This document shows positions 1-40,228 of a stretch of 64,000 nt of DNA, piece by piece. Source of the stretch: the human T2T-CHM13v2.0 reference genome, Homo sapiens. The stretch lies in NCBI RefSeq assembly GCF_009914755.1, contig NC_060927.1; one strand, given 5' to 3'. The notes beneath the pieces are model-generated. The model was given only the letters and a program-made list of their open reading frames with translations, was not told the DNA's origin and made no database searches. A program made the position numbers and the translations under genes. How positions within the stretch are numbered: position 1 is the stretch's first letter; each line of letters starts with the position of its first letter.

Positions 1-746
1 CAAATGATTTACAGATTCAATGCTACCCATATCAAAATACCAGTGATTTTCTTCACAGAAATAGAAAAAACAATGCTAAAATTTGTGTGGAACTACAGAA
101 GATGCCAAATAGCCAAAGCAATCCTGAGCAAACAGAACAAAGCTGGAGGCATCACACTATCTGACTTTAAAATGCACTACAACACTATATCAGCAAGGTA
201 CTGGCATAAAAACAGATGCATAGGCCAATGGAAAAGAATGGACAACCCAGATATAAATCCACACACTTACAGCCAACTCATTTTTGACAAAGGCACCAAG
301 AACATACAATGGGAAAATGACAGTCTCTTCAATAGATGGTGCTGGGAAAACTGAATGTGCAGAAGAATGAAACTAGATACCTGTCTCTCACCATACACTG
401 AAATCAACTCCAGATGGATTAAAGACTTAAATGTAAGGCCTGAAATTATAAACCCATTAGAGAGAAACATAAGAGAAACACTTGAGGACATTTGTGTAGG
501 CAGAGATTTTATAGCTAAGACCTCAAAAGCACCACCAACAAAAACAAAAACAGATAAATGGAACTATATTAAACTAAAAAGTTTCTGCACAGCAAAGGAA
601 ACAATCAATAAACTGAAGGGACAACCCACAGAATGGGAGAAAATATATGTGAACTATGCCTCAGACAAGGAATTAATAACCAGAATATATAACGAGCTCA
701 AACAACTTAATAGGAAAAAAGCAAATAATTACATTTTAAAATGGGC

Positions 747-878
747 GATACTCCTAGCACTTTGGGATTCTGAAGCAGAGGGATCATGTGTTCCCAGGAT
801 TTCAAGGTTATGGTGAACTATGATCATGCCACTGCTCTCAAGCCTGGGCAACAGAATGAGACCCCATCTCTCAAAAAA
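747..878 (+). mobile_element. Alu monomer/partial (FLAM/AluJ-like) inside the L1
   Basis: CCTAGCACTTTGGGA..GATCATGCCACTGC..AGCCTGGGCAACAGA..CCCCATCTC followed by an A-tail. Confidence 0.7.
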
Positions 879-1005
879 AGGGGAGGAAGGCAAAAGATCT
901 GAATGGACATTTCTCAAAAGAAGACATACAAATGGCCAAGAGGTATATTTTAAAAATGCCGAGCATCACTAATCATGAGAGATATGCAAATCAAAACTAC
1001 AATGA

Positions 1006-1286
1006 GGCTGGTTCCAGTGGCTCACACCTGTAATCCCAGCAGTTTAGGAGGCTGAGGCAGGCAGATCACTTGAGATTATGAGTTCAAGACCAGCCTGGCC
1101 AACATGGCGAAAGCCGGTCTCTACTAAAAATACAAAAATTACCCAGGCATGGTGGCATGCACCTGTAATCCCAGCTACTAGGGAGGCTGAGGCTGGAGAA
1201 TCACTTGAATCCAGGAGGCAGAAGTTGCAGTGAGTTGAGATCACAGCACTGTTCTCCAGCCTCAGCAGTAGAGCAAGACTCTGCCT

Positions 1287-1340
<54 letters not shown>
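1006..1340 (+). mobile_element. Alu (S-type) with a 53-nt pure poly(A) tail
   Basis: Dimeric Alu; A-run 1288-1340; TSD-like AAAACTACAATGA / AAACCTACAGTGA. Confidence 0.92.
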
Positions 1341-1343
<3 letters not shown>

Positions 1344-1404
1344 ACAGTGAGATACCATCTCACCACAGTTAAAACGGCTTTCTTTTTTATCAAAAAGAAA
1401 GGAG

Positions 1405-3152
1405 CTTTTTCACACTGGTTTTGCCACCAGAACACAGGTGTTGTGAAAACTACCCCTAAAAGCAACAATGGGAATGGAAAAGACTCATATCAACATTGTT
1501 GTCATTGGACATGTAGATTTGGGCAAGTCCACCACTACTGGTCATCTGATCTACAAATGCGGTGGCATCGACAAAAGAACCACTGAAAAATTTGAGATGG
1601 AGCCTGTTGAGATGGAAAAGGCTCCTTCAAGTATGCCTGGGTCTTGGATAAGCTGAAAGCTGAGCGTGAACATGGTATCACCATTGATATCTCCTTGTGG
1701 AAATTTGATACCAGCAAATACTACGTGACTATCATTGATGCCCCAGGACACAGAGACTTCATCAAAAACATGATTACAGGGATGTCTCAGGCTGATTGTG
1801 CTGTCCTGATTGTTGCTGCTGGTGTTGCTGAATTTGAAGCTGGTATCTCCAAGAATGGGCAGACCCAAGAGCATGCCCTCCTGTCTTACACACTGGGTGT
1901 GAAACAACTAATTGTTGGTGTTAACAAAATGGATTCCACTGAGCCACTCTACAGCCAGAAGAGATATGAGGAGATCATTAAGGAAGTCAGCACTTACATT
2001 AAGAAAATTGGCTACAACCCTGACACAGTAGCATTTGTGCCAATTTCTGGTTGGAATGGTGACAACATGCTGGAGTCAAGTGATAACATGCCTTAGTTCA
2101 AGAGATGGAAAGTCACCCATAAGGATGGCAATGCCAGTGGAACCATGCTGCTTGAGGCTCTGGACTGCATCCTACCACCAACTCATCCAACTGACAAGCC
2201 TTTGTGCCTGCATCTCCAGGATGTCCACAAAATTGGTGGCATTTGTACTGTTTCTGTTGGCTGAGTGGATACTGGTGTTCTCAAACCTGGTATGGTGGTC
2301 ACCTTTGCTCCAGCCAACATTACAATGAAATAAAATCTGTCAAAATGCACCATGAAGCTTTGAGTGAAGCTCCTCCTGGGGACAATGTGGGCTTCAATGT
2401 CAAGAATATGTCTGTCAAGGATGTTCATCGTGGCAATTGACAGCAAAAATGACCCACCAATGGAGTCAGCTAGCTTCACTGCTCATGTGATTATCCCGAA
2501 CCATCCAGGCCAAATCAGCGCTGGCTATGCCGCTGTACTGTATTGCCACATGGTCCACATTGCATGCAAGATTGCTGAGCTGAAGGAAAAGATTGATTGC
2601 CGTTCTGGTAAAAAGCCAGAAGATTGCCCTAAATTCTTGAAGTCTGATGATGCTGCCATCATTGACATGGTTCCTGGCAAGCCCATGTGTGTTGAGAGCT
2701 TCTCATACTAAACACCTCTGGGTCGCTTTGCTGTTTGTGATATGAGACAGACAGTTGCCGTGGGTGTCATCAAAGCAGTGGACAAGAAGGCTGCTGGAGC
2801 TGGCAAGGTCACCAAGTTGCCCAGAAAGGTCAGAAGGCTAAATGAATATTATCCCTAATACCTGCCACCCGGTCTTAATCAGTGGTGGAAGAATGGTCTC
2901 AGAACTGTTTGTTTCAATTGGCCATTTAAGTTTAGTAGTAAAAGACTGGTTAATGATAACAATGCATCATAAAACCTTCAGATGGAAAGGAGAATGTTTT
3001 GTGGACCACTTTGGTTTTCTTTTTTGCATCTGGCAGTTTTAAGTTATTAGTTTTTAAAATCAGTACTTTTTAATGGAAACAACTTGACCAAAAATCTGTT
3101 ACAGAATTTTGAGACCCATTAAAAAGGTTTAATGAGAAAAAAAAAAAAAAAA
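1405..3152 (+). pseudogene. EEF1A1P24: Full-length processed pseudogene of EEF1A1 (translation elongation factor 1-alpha 1); disrupted CDS 1468-2845
   Basis: Intronless. Begins at the 5'TOP CTTTTTC. ATG 1468 ([36 protein letters not shown]); later [16 protein letters not shown] and VNKMD; native stop TGA 2843-2845; 3'UTR; poly(A) 3137-3152; TSD AAAAAGAAAGG on both sides. Frameshift near 1615 and premature stops at 2094, 2264 and 2709. The pseudogene number is recalled from locus annotation. Confidence 0.93.
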
Positions 3153-3273
3153 GAAAGGGAATAACAGATATTGGCATGGATGTGGAGAAAGAGGAACCCT
3201 CATACACTGTTGATGGGAAGATAAATTAGTACAGCCATTATGGAAAATAGTGTGGAGTTTCCTCAAAAAACTA

Positions 3274-3697
<424 letters not shown>

Positions 3698-3778
3698 TTA
3701 TTGCAGCACCCTTCACAATAGCCAAAATATGGAATTGATCTAAGTACTCCTCAGTAGATGATTCAATAAAGAAAACAG

Positions 3779-3815
<37 letters not shown>

Positions 3816-3862
3816 ATATGTATATATATAAAATATGTATATATAATATGTATATATATATG
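3779..3862. repeat. (TG)n/(TA)n compound microsatellite
   Basis: GTGTGT... followed by TATATA... with a repeated ATATAATATGTATAT unit. Confidence 0.9.
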
Positions 3863-4242
3863 CAATGAATCATTATTCAGCTATCTAAATAATGAAATCT
3901 TGTCATTTGCATCAACATGTTAAGTAAAATAAGCCAAGCACAGAAAGACAAATATCACATGTTCTCACTCATATGTGGGAGCTATAAAAGTGGATTTTAT
4001 GGAGATAGAAAGTTGACTGGTGGTTACCAGAGGTAGGAAAGTATGGGTACAGGGGGAATGAAGACAGGTTAATTAATGGATACAAATATACAGTTAGATA
4101 GAAGTAAGACATGGTAGTCAATAGATCAGTAGGGTGACTATAGTTAACATTAATCAATTGAACATTTCAAAATAGCTGGAAAACAATAATATGAATGTTC
4201 CTAGTGTAAAGAAAAGATAAATATTTAAGATGATAGATATCC

Positions 4243-9336
<5,094 letters not shown>

Positions 9337-9557
9337 AAGATGATAGATATCCCATCAACCTTGATTCGATTCTGTGACTGTATCAAATTATCACACACAC
9401 TCCAAAAACATGTACATCTATTATGTATCAATAAAAGAAATACTAAGTGGAAATGATGAGAGTAGGAGGAATATATGGAAAGGAAGAAAGGAACACTCAC
9501 ATTTTTAAACACCTACTGTGAGCTAGGCACCTAATCAGCATTTTCTCACTTATTCTT

Positions 9558-15688
<6,131 letters not shown>

Positions 15689-15730
15689 ATTTTCTCACTT
15701 ATTCTTGAAAGAATTTTTCCAGATTATTAT

Positions 15731-16284
15731 TGTTAACCCAGGAGGCTGTCAAATTAGAAATGAATCTGTGCCTCAAAAGTTAAAGAAACCAGTAACTAAT
15801 AGAAATAATTGAGTTTGCAAGATGGCAGCTAAGAAAGAAATAATTTGTTGTTAACACTGAAACTCTCTCTGCTTATGAGATAAAGTAACTAACATCAGTT
15901 GGAATCAATATGGCCAGTGCATGTCTGTGCAGAACCAGCTTGCTGACATCACCACCTGAATTTATATGAAATGATTCATACTAACTCCCCTTGAATTTGC
16001 ACATGTGATCCATGAGGTATCATGAAGAGACAACTGCACATCCCCAGAGACTTTCCAGACCTCCACTTTTCTTCCACCAATCACCTAATCTCAAAATCCA
16101 CCCCCTGAAACTTTTCTAATAAAGATACTGCTTTGAAGCCAGCACAGAGAGACAGATTTGAGCTTCACACTCCTGTCACCTTGTGAGTTAACTTCCAATA
16201 AGACGTCTTTCTTCTCTCAAAACCTGGTATCATAGTATCGGCTTCTAGTGCATTGGGCAGCAAGCTCCCTTTAGCTTGATAACA
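15731..16284 (+). mobile_element. ERV1-class solo LTR (MER34/MER39-like)
   Basis: TGTT...AACA termini, internal AATAAA (16118), 3' end GGGCAGCAAGCTCCCTTTAGCTTGATAACA typical of this LTR group. Confidence 0.55.
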
Positions 16285-18455
16285 GAGTCTCAGAGTAGAA
16301 TGTCTTTAAAATCGTCTCTACCCTGCCTCCTGCATCAGCCAGCTAGTCCATGCTTACACATGCCCTGTGCTTTCTCAGCTTTGCTGTCCCACTGCCTGGC
16401 CTACAGCAGGCCATGCCCTGGAAGACTCAATTCTGAGTGCAGCCAGCCCTATGAGAGGAGCCACCACACTGGGCACAGCAGTATTGGATCAGCTCTGTGA
16501 TTGGGGTGAGATTTGAAGAGAGGTCTCCTCCACCTTCTGCCAGACTGCTGCCTGTCAGGACTATTCTCTCTCCGACCCTAGCAAAGACTATTTGGAAGAG
16601 CCAACACTTGTGAAGTGGAACATATTGCTGGATCTTGAATCATTCCAAGCTTTCCTTAGGGGACACTGCAAGGGATATATTGGAAGACCTGTCCTGGACC
16701 CTGCTCCTTCACTTACAAGCCAGCCTGAACTAACCTCTTTGAGGTTAGTCACTGGTAAGATAGGGATGATGAAGATGATGATGATGTGCCATCTCTCCTG
16801 CCTATTCTATAGAATGGCCTTATATCCAATCTGTAACCTGCAAAACCTTTGTACACATACAAAGGTTATTAATAAAATAAACAGCATGTAGCCTTCTACT
16901 GGTAGTATAACTTTGGGCAACTTATTGAAACTTTTCTGGGCTTCAGTTTCCTTATATGTAAAATTGGGATAGTAATAATGTATTCCTCTGGTCTATGTGT
17001 TCAGGGTTTTGAAATGGTGTTCTAACATCACCTACTATTCACTGGCTAGCAGTACCACTACTTGCCTACAGTAGAATAGAAAGAATTGGAGCTCATTCCT
17101 GTGTGTATATATACGTGGTATGATATGAATATGTCTGTCAAAGAAAGGCTAAAGCACTGGTCCAGATTAAAGGAAACTAAAAAGACATGACATCTCACTG
17201 AAATATTAATATATAATTCTAAATTGGATTCTGGATAGGGGAGAAAATGCTGTGAAGGACAGTTTGAGGACAATTGGTGAAATTCAGATTTGGACTGTAT
17301 ATGAGATCTTATAAGTATTAAAAGAAATAAAGCAGAAATATTTATAACAGTACCTGGGGTGTAGAAAGCACAATAATTAGTCATTACCTATAGGATGTAA
17401 GCCATGTTTTGTTCAGTACCATATCCCCAGAACCTAGAGCACATAATATGTGCTTAATTTTTTTGAGTGAATGAAGAAACTGGGCTCCTACAACAAGACA
17501 GAGCTAAGAACTAGGGTGAGGTGCCCAGGGCCAACTGTCCTTACATGCAGGGACTGATTGTCATTGTTGGTTCCTAGTCATTGTTGGTTACCTTAGTGAC
17601 CCTTGGCATGCAAAACATTCTAAGATTGATCCAATTATTCCAGGTACCTGGTTAACACAACCAAAATTCCTGGCAGCTCTACACATCAAATGCATTTGTA
17701 ATTTACTAACTTATGATTGCTTAGTGTTTTGCCTGGCAAGGCAAGGGGGTGGGTTTTGCTGCTGTCCTCTGCCTCTCAGGAGACAAAGACAGGCTCTGCT
17801 TGGCTGAGGAAGAACCTCAGGCCAATGCTCATCTAATAGGAGTGAAGCTAGCCTTTGTGAGGAGGTTCAGTTGGCAGATCTCAGCTGGATGTCGTGCTGC
17901 AGAGAGGTCTCAGATGTCTGGTGGGGTGCCGACATGCAGCACCCCTTCTCCAAGCTCTGGCTGGCAAGCACCTGCCACCCAGATCAGCTGGTCCAGCTCA
18001 TCACTGTGTGTGTCCTCATCGCCAGATGCTGGGCAGCTGAGGCTGGTCATAGAGCCCCAGAATGAGACAAGTAACACCCTAGATAGTATTCGATCTGCTG
18101 CTCTCCTTTGACAGATGAGGAAACTAAGGCCTGGAAATACAAGTTGGCCTGCCCAAGGCCACAGCAGATATTGGCAAATTCATGAAGACTTAGGGCCAGG
18201 GCTCCTGATTCTTAGAAGGTGCTCATTACACTTGGCTCTGTTAGCCTATTTTGAGGGGTGAGGATCTCAAAGTGAGGCCACCAAGGGCTAAGAGACAGTA
18301 CCTAGAGGTCCCTTCACTCTTACTGACTCTGTAGCCATCCTCTAGTTTCTCTTGAACATTTCTGATGTGGGAAAGTTGAATTGTCAAACCCTAGTGTGGG
18401 TAGAAATGGGGAAAGAAAATCTGAGCAGTAGCACCTGGAGGGAAAGCAGCAGTTA

Positions 18456-18815
<360 letters not shown>

Positions 18816-19386
18816 CTAAGAAGTAGCATCAACTGGATGTCATCCCTTTCATATTTTCATGAGTAACCTCATCCCAAAAAAGATTTCAGTCCAGGCTTCG
18901 TTAATATAATCATTGCTTAAAAAATTCTTTGGGCTCAAACTGGAGAAGGAGAGATTTTTTTCCTGTTGAATTCAGATGAAACTAGCATCTTGGAATGCTT
19001 GCTCTGGCAGGTACTGAGCCAGGTCCATTCACATTATCACTACCTCATGCAGTTTGCACAGCAATTTGCAGGGAGGGTGGTGTTATTCTCATTTTTACAC
19101 ATTTGAACATTGATGCTCAGAGCAGTTAAGTGACAAGCAGCAGTAAGTGTGGCATATTAATGGGAAAAAGTTTCCGAGATTGAATTCAAATGCCACTACC
19201 ATCCACTAGCTCACAAAAGAAGAGCTTCCTGCAGAATGGCAGTAACAATTGTTGATCATTCCTTCACACCTGACCCCTCGCCTTTAAGAACTTGTCTATT
19301 TATAAGTAATTTAAGAAGCTATGTTTCTCTCCATCTGTTTAGGTAGAGAAGAGCATATAGAGGGAATTGTGAGTAAGCCAGATTAA

Positions 19387-19850
<464 letters not shown>

Positions 19851-21431
19851 GCTGAGCCTTCTGATTGTAATAGGACAGTAAGGAGATAAAATAAACTACA
19901 TAGTCAAACAAGGTGAACCGTCTTAGAAGCAGAACCTGAAGGAACTGGGGAGCAGGAGAGGGAGGCACAGAGGAGCTGGAAGCTGAAAGGAAACAGGCAG
20001 GGGAAAGAATGTGTCTTTGAATTGCATATCAGCAAGGCTCTCCAGTGTGAGTGAGACTTGACCAGTTTGTAACTTCCCGTGTACGGAAATCCTTCTAACA
20101 TGCAAATCTGACCCTTTCATTCTCCTGCTTAAACCTCTTCAGCATAAAGCCTACATTCTCCTACATGGTTGATGGAGGGCCCCAGGCTCTCCCTCTGGCC
20201 TCCTCCCTTCCATTCCTTCCCTCCTACTAGACGTTTCCACATTTACAGTTCTAGGAATCTGACATGCTCTCTCTTACCTCTGGGTATTTGTACATGCTCT
20301 GCAAGATGAAAACAGACTCATCTATTAGTAAATGCTTGAATGAATGAGTCAAATCGGAAGGTACTGGGGACAGTCCACCACCCCTTTTGGACTTTTCAGG
20401 TCTCAAGCAGTAGCCACCTCCAGTCTGATACAAAGGATTACTCCCTCCCCAGTGCCAGCTGGAGCCCCATCATGGTGAGGCTCTACAATGAGTTCATGGA
20501 GAAGACTGTGGATGGGTCATGGACAAGACTTCCAGGTTGTTGGTGCTCTGTGCAATTCCTTAAAGAAGCAGACCTTACTAAGATTGCTAAAGCTGTCCCT
20601 GGTATGTTGAAACCCCCTACACCAGTAGGGTTTAACTGGGCTTGCAGGGGTGCTCTAAATAATACAGAACTGTTGGCAAAACTTTGTTTATGCATATGCA
20701 TTTTCCTCAATGCAATCTGTGCCCCAGCCTATCTCCTATATCTCCTCTGTGGCTTGCATTAGCCTGAAAGTCAGGACCAAGGGAGTCTGGAGATCATGAT
20801 CCCTGATTCATATGATATTAGCCCAGAAAAGGAACTTGGAGCCACTTAGTTCAAGGCCCTCATCTTACACGTGAGAAAGCTGAAGCCTAGAGAGGTGACA
20901 ATGAGTTTTTGTCAGATATTGGACTAGCATCAGAAACTCCTGACTTTTAGTTCAGTGTTCTCTCCACTTCTATCCGAAGCCACTCCTGGCATCTCCTTAT
21001 ACTTTCCCACCACAGCTGGTCTCCTGTATAGACCAGACAGATGAAGCATACATGAGGAATTGGAAAGGGGCAGCGTCTGGGACCAAGGGCCAGTGCCTTC
21101 ACCCTGGTACACCCAAGGCCAGTAGCTCAGTGACAATGCCAGTGGGACTATCAGGTAATTTACAGACACCTGAAGCCAGGACCCAGAACCTGTTGGGAAC
21201 AGGACACGTGTTCCCTCTAGTGGCCAGTTTGAGCTGAGCTTCTGACTGGGTGAAAGAGAACAGATGGGAAAGAATGGCAGATGATGGAGTGCCACGCGTG
21301 TTAAGAAACAAAGGGGCCAGAGGGAAAGACTTCTAATTTACATACCTAATCTGTCATTAGAAATTCTGCTTTGAGATTTTTGGTAAAAATGCAGATGTTT
21401 GGTAAGTATTTGGAATTAAAAAAACATAGAC

Positions 21432-22087
<656 letters not shown>

Positions 22088-22249
22088 CTAGCAGGTGACA
22101 AATCCAGGATCAAATACAGAATCAATGCCTGATTCCAAAGTCCACTTTCTTTTTACAGCATTACTCTGCCTCAGTGGTCTCTCAAAGACACACAGAAAAA
22201 AGCAGGAGATAGCCTCTACCCTTTAAGGAAGGGAAACAAGGTGTATTTG

Positions 22250-22785
<536 letters not shown>

Positions 22786-24788
22786 CCTTCCACATATGGA
22801 TAGAGCTATAAGCAAACCACAAAACCACAAGTGGGTCCTGCTTACCCCTGTGGGAAATTCAGATCAATCAGGACCTAGAAGATTTGTGACCAGAAAATAT
22901 GTGCTTATGTTTATAAACTTTTAGCCAAAATGTTGCCCGTTTCCTCATTGTGAAGAAAGCAGGAAAACAAGAAGAGTTTGATTTTTTCCATAAGATGGGG
23001 AACTGCTTTGTCAAAATATTGATGGAGTGACTTGTGGCTTCCATATGACAAAACACAAAACACCACACTGCCTGGGCACGCACCATGGCTCCTCTCCCTT
23101 CCACTGCCCCTAACAACTTGGTCCTTGGAGTAGAATGTGAAGATCCCACTCCTGCAGGAACGCAGTCCACCCCACAGAGCCATCTGCCCCTCCCTCGGAT
23201 ACCAGCTTGTAAGCCGCTCTAACTCATTGTTCTCTCGTAGCCTGGTCACCCTTGGCTCAGGGGTGAGGTTACAGGCAATAGTCACTGGCACAGAAGGAAG
23301 AAAGGTGTTTCCTTCTTGTGAAGCCAAAAGCAGTGACAGGACCATCCTCTTTGTGGAAGTTTCTGGGTAAAGCCATTAGAATTCCCTTTTTTTCTGCAGT
23401 ATTCACCCATTCTTGTGATCAGGCAAAGAGTGGCTTCCCCCACTGGTGAAGACAGTGCCCTTGGAGACTCTTAAGGCTTCTCTTTCAGGTTGTGCGTGTT
23501 TAGGATGGGAGCAGATATTCAGATGGAGAGGAGCCTCCATTAGTTACAGGACGAAGACTATCATAAGATGCCCATTAGACCTGAGAGGCCAGTAGGCATA
23601 GAGAGACTGATGAAGATGGGCGGTAAGGGAGGTTGTAGCAGAGAGAATGCATGGTATCTCCCCTCTCAATCCCCTATTGGTTTCCAAAAGGCAAAGGCTG
23701 GCCTCATTGTTTTGGCATCAGTAGAAGAGAAAATTTAGATATTTCCAGAAGCAGCTCTGGCTCCAGGCAGGTAGAAAGATCTTGCTGAGCTGGTCTGCTG
23801 GAAACATGGAGGTGGGGGCAGTGATTTACCTGTGTGCTTTTCACCATTCCAGCCATCTTCTTACAAATGAAGTGACGCAGATGCAAGGTGCTGCAAGGCC
23901 CACCTCCTCCTGCTCTGACAGGCAGACAGGAAACCAAAGCCCCTATCTGAGCAGCCTCTGTCTCTCCCATTCACCTCCAGCTTCCCATGTGGACCTTTGC
24001 CTTTTCCTTCTTGGATGGTGGAAACTCCTCCAGATGTCAAGACTTGCTGTGAATAAAGTTTTAAGAGGAGGTCATGTATCCAAACTGATACATGTGTATT
24101 TCTTCCTGGGTAGAGGGTGTCTACAATCCTTGGGATGGGAAAACATCATGTAACCTGATCATACAATCCAGAAAACATGGGCCACTTTGGATCTTTGAGG
24201 GACCAGTGTGTAATTGAGGGAAGTTAGGTCATAAGAGCCAAATCACCTTCCCTTGACTGCAGATAAATCCATTAAGGCTTGCCTTATGCTAATGACCTTG
24301 TTTTGAATTAAAGTCACAATGTTTTCTTTTTAAAAAAAAAAATTCACTCCTCCAACTTTGCCATTAAGTACTGCTCCAAACCCCCCACTCATCTGCCAAT
24401 GGGTGATGCTCTTTCCCCATGATCATTATATATCTCTGCATCCCCACAAACATCCAGGGGAGGAGATGTGGGAAAAGAAGGGCCTGTGGGCTTTAGAGTT
24501 ATGAGTAAGCATGGCAGGAGCAGATACAGAGGAGGGAAATCTGCCAGCTGCCACCCTTGAAAGCCAGCCCATTTCTTCTGAGCCCACAGCCAAGCAGGCA
24601 TACCTGGAAGGGTGAGGGAGTGGAGGGCCGGCTTTCACTCTAGATCCCACCTGTGTTCCCACACCCAGAGTGGCCAAGAGCAGTCTCTAAAATACGCCAA
24701 CCCATGATTTCTCAAAAGTAGGGATTCTTGTCTTATGGAATCAGTGCAGCGGGGGTGGGTGTCAGGGTGGAATTAGGTCTTCCTTTAA

Positions 24789-25192
<404 letters not shown>

Positions 25193-25574
25193 TGTAATTT
25201 TTTTTTTTTTTTTAATGTTTATACTTTCCTTAATCCTTTCTGGGAATAACCTCCTCTGGGACCACTTTCCTTCCTGTTCTATGTACCTCAGAAGCACAGG
25301 AATGAAGCCTGAAAAAATATTATCTTGCTCCCTAAGTCACTTTCCTTTCTGATCTAGTTCTTGGGTGATGAATGAAGGTGGAAAGTAGCGAAGGTTGCTA
25401 TGAAAAGCTTGGACTTTATTACCAGGGCCACTGCATTTTCAACAGGAGTGTCAGGATCCCAGCAGTAATGCTTTTCCATGGATCAGCCAGACAGGCATAA
25501 GGGGAAGTTGGGAGACCAAAAAAGCCATTGACAGATTCCAGGTGAGCAATAAACCAGAATTTTGACCAACTAGA

Positions 25575-26112
25575 CCAGCGCTGTCCTACAGAAATGTAAT
25601 GGGAGCCACATGTTAAAGTTTAAATGTTTTACTAGCCACATTTAAAAAGAAACACATGAAGTTATTATTATTTGTTTTAGAGACGGGGTCTTGCTTTGTC
25701 GTCCACGCTGGTCTCCAACTCCTTGGCTCCCTCAAGCAATCCTCCAGACTAGGCCTCACAAAGTGCTGAGATTACAGGCCTGGGCCACTGCCCCCGGCCT
25801 GAAGTTAATTTTAATATTTCACCTAACCCAATATATCCAAAATATCATTTCAACATATAAAAATTATTGAGATTTTACCTCACCAGTCTTAGACATCCAG
25901 CGTGTGGTTTATGCATACAGTACATATCAATTCCACACTAAATTTTCAGCATTTAAAGGGAAATATGGTCCTGAAAAAAAAACAACAAAACAAAAAAACG
26001 CCTGTTTAAGGAGAAAGCATTCCACACTGCTTGTTTTAATATAATTAAAATTAATGTATCAATTAATAAATCAATAGCCCACGTTGGCTAGTGGCTGCCT
26101 TACTGGGCAGAC
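25575..26112. mobile_element. MER33/MER3-like hAT DNA transposon relic containing a FLAM monomer (~25673-25799, minus)
   Basis: CAGCGCTGTCC..AGAAATGTAATG.GAGCCACAT ... TAGCCCAC.TTGGCTAGTGGCT. Confidence 0.6.
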
Positions 26113-26650
26113 CAGGTCTGGATTGTAAATACGTTCAGACGTTCCACGCAAAAGCAAAGTTCCCTGCAGACGCTCCATTAAGTTCTGGGTGCAAGGAAGC
26201 GCGGATCCTTCAGTTCTGGGCGTTTTCACCAGGTGGCACTCAGAACACCCTCACGTGACAAGCGTCCCACCCGGAAGCGAAATCTCCCCTTCTACAGAGT
26301 TCCTCCGGCGCTTCCTCCACCCCGGGATACACAGAACCTCATCTCCTACGGTGCTGAAGCCTGCAGCAGGGCAGGATGGGCAGGAGAGCAGAGCCGCGGA
26401 GTCTGCGGCGCGGGTGAAGAGCGGCGCGTAATTCCCGCAGCAAGATTGTTCCGCGCCCGCAGCCCCTGGACTAGCAGGATCCGAACCCCGGCGGCTGCGT
26501 GCTTATAGGCGCAGACGTCAGAGAGCCCGCGGCTTAAAGCGCGTCGCCTGGCTAGCGCCACCCCCTAGCCTTCTTCAAGGCCTCCAGGGCTGGGCCCAAG
26601 CGCCCGTCGACGGCACCCTGGGCCCAGAGGACTCGCGGGCCTCATCTCCA

Positions 26651-39447
<12,797 letters not shown>

Positions 39448-40027
39448 CCAAGAGAGGACTGGGAACGGGTGAAATCTGTTGCCCTGCTTGGTTTCTGCCA
39501 AGGGCTGCTGCTTCTTACTATTCTGCAGTAAGATGAAGTCCTACCTGGAAAACCAGGCAGAAATTGTGTTGCCTTTGCCTTCAGTAATCCCCTTAAGGAG
39601 AAAATATATGGACCTGATTTCAGCCTTCAGAATCTCCAAAAGAGGAGTCATCAATTCATAGAGCACACTAGGGTGTTAGGAGAGAGCTTTGCATACTCTG
39701 AGAGGCTACTTGGAAAGGCATTTTCCCAGGAGAGCTCTGTCAGGTGGCTGCGCTTCAGCCCCACCCCTACACCACAGGGTCTCCTTGGGTATGTTCTTGG
39801 GCAAGCAATCACAAAGCCAGAGAAGCTGTAAGCTGCCTGCCGGGCCTGAGGAGCTCCAACCAGGGAAGACTGGATGTGAGGAGAGGAGTCACTGTCACCA
39901 GGTCACAGACTGACTGAGGTGATGGTAGGATGAGGAGGAACAGATGCCCTTCTTTAATTGGTTCTCAGTTAACTTCTCAGAGGCTCTGGAGAACGGGACA
40001 GTGGCTTTCTAGCCTCTGAATGTTCCA

Positions 40028-40228
40028 AATAAAATTTTTTGGTCTTGGCCCCTGTACTGTTTTACCTCTAAATTCTGGCATTTTTTTTTCCCTGCAATTA
40101 AAGTGCTGTACTTTATTTATTGAACTTTATCATTGAAAGCTGTTTGGAAAACCTAAAAGATGTTGTCACACTTCTGTTTTCTTTACCTGTGCCTTATAAA
40201 AATGGACCAAACCCTTTTCTAAAATAAA
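40028..40228 (+). terminator. SLC25A38 polyadenylation signal cluster
   Basis: AATAAA 40028, ATTAAA 40097, AATAAA 40223, with U/GU-rich downstream tracts. Confidence 0.7.

Noticed and set aside
1468-2845. Functional EEF1A1 gene
   Set aside because: Intronless, with poly(A) and TSDs, frameshifts and several premature stops
20340-20762. 140-aa ORF with an exon-like stretch (MVRLYNEFMEKTVDGSWTRLPG)
   Set aside because: No recognisable protein family, non-ATG start and no linked exons; cannot be supported without a homology search
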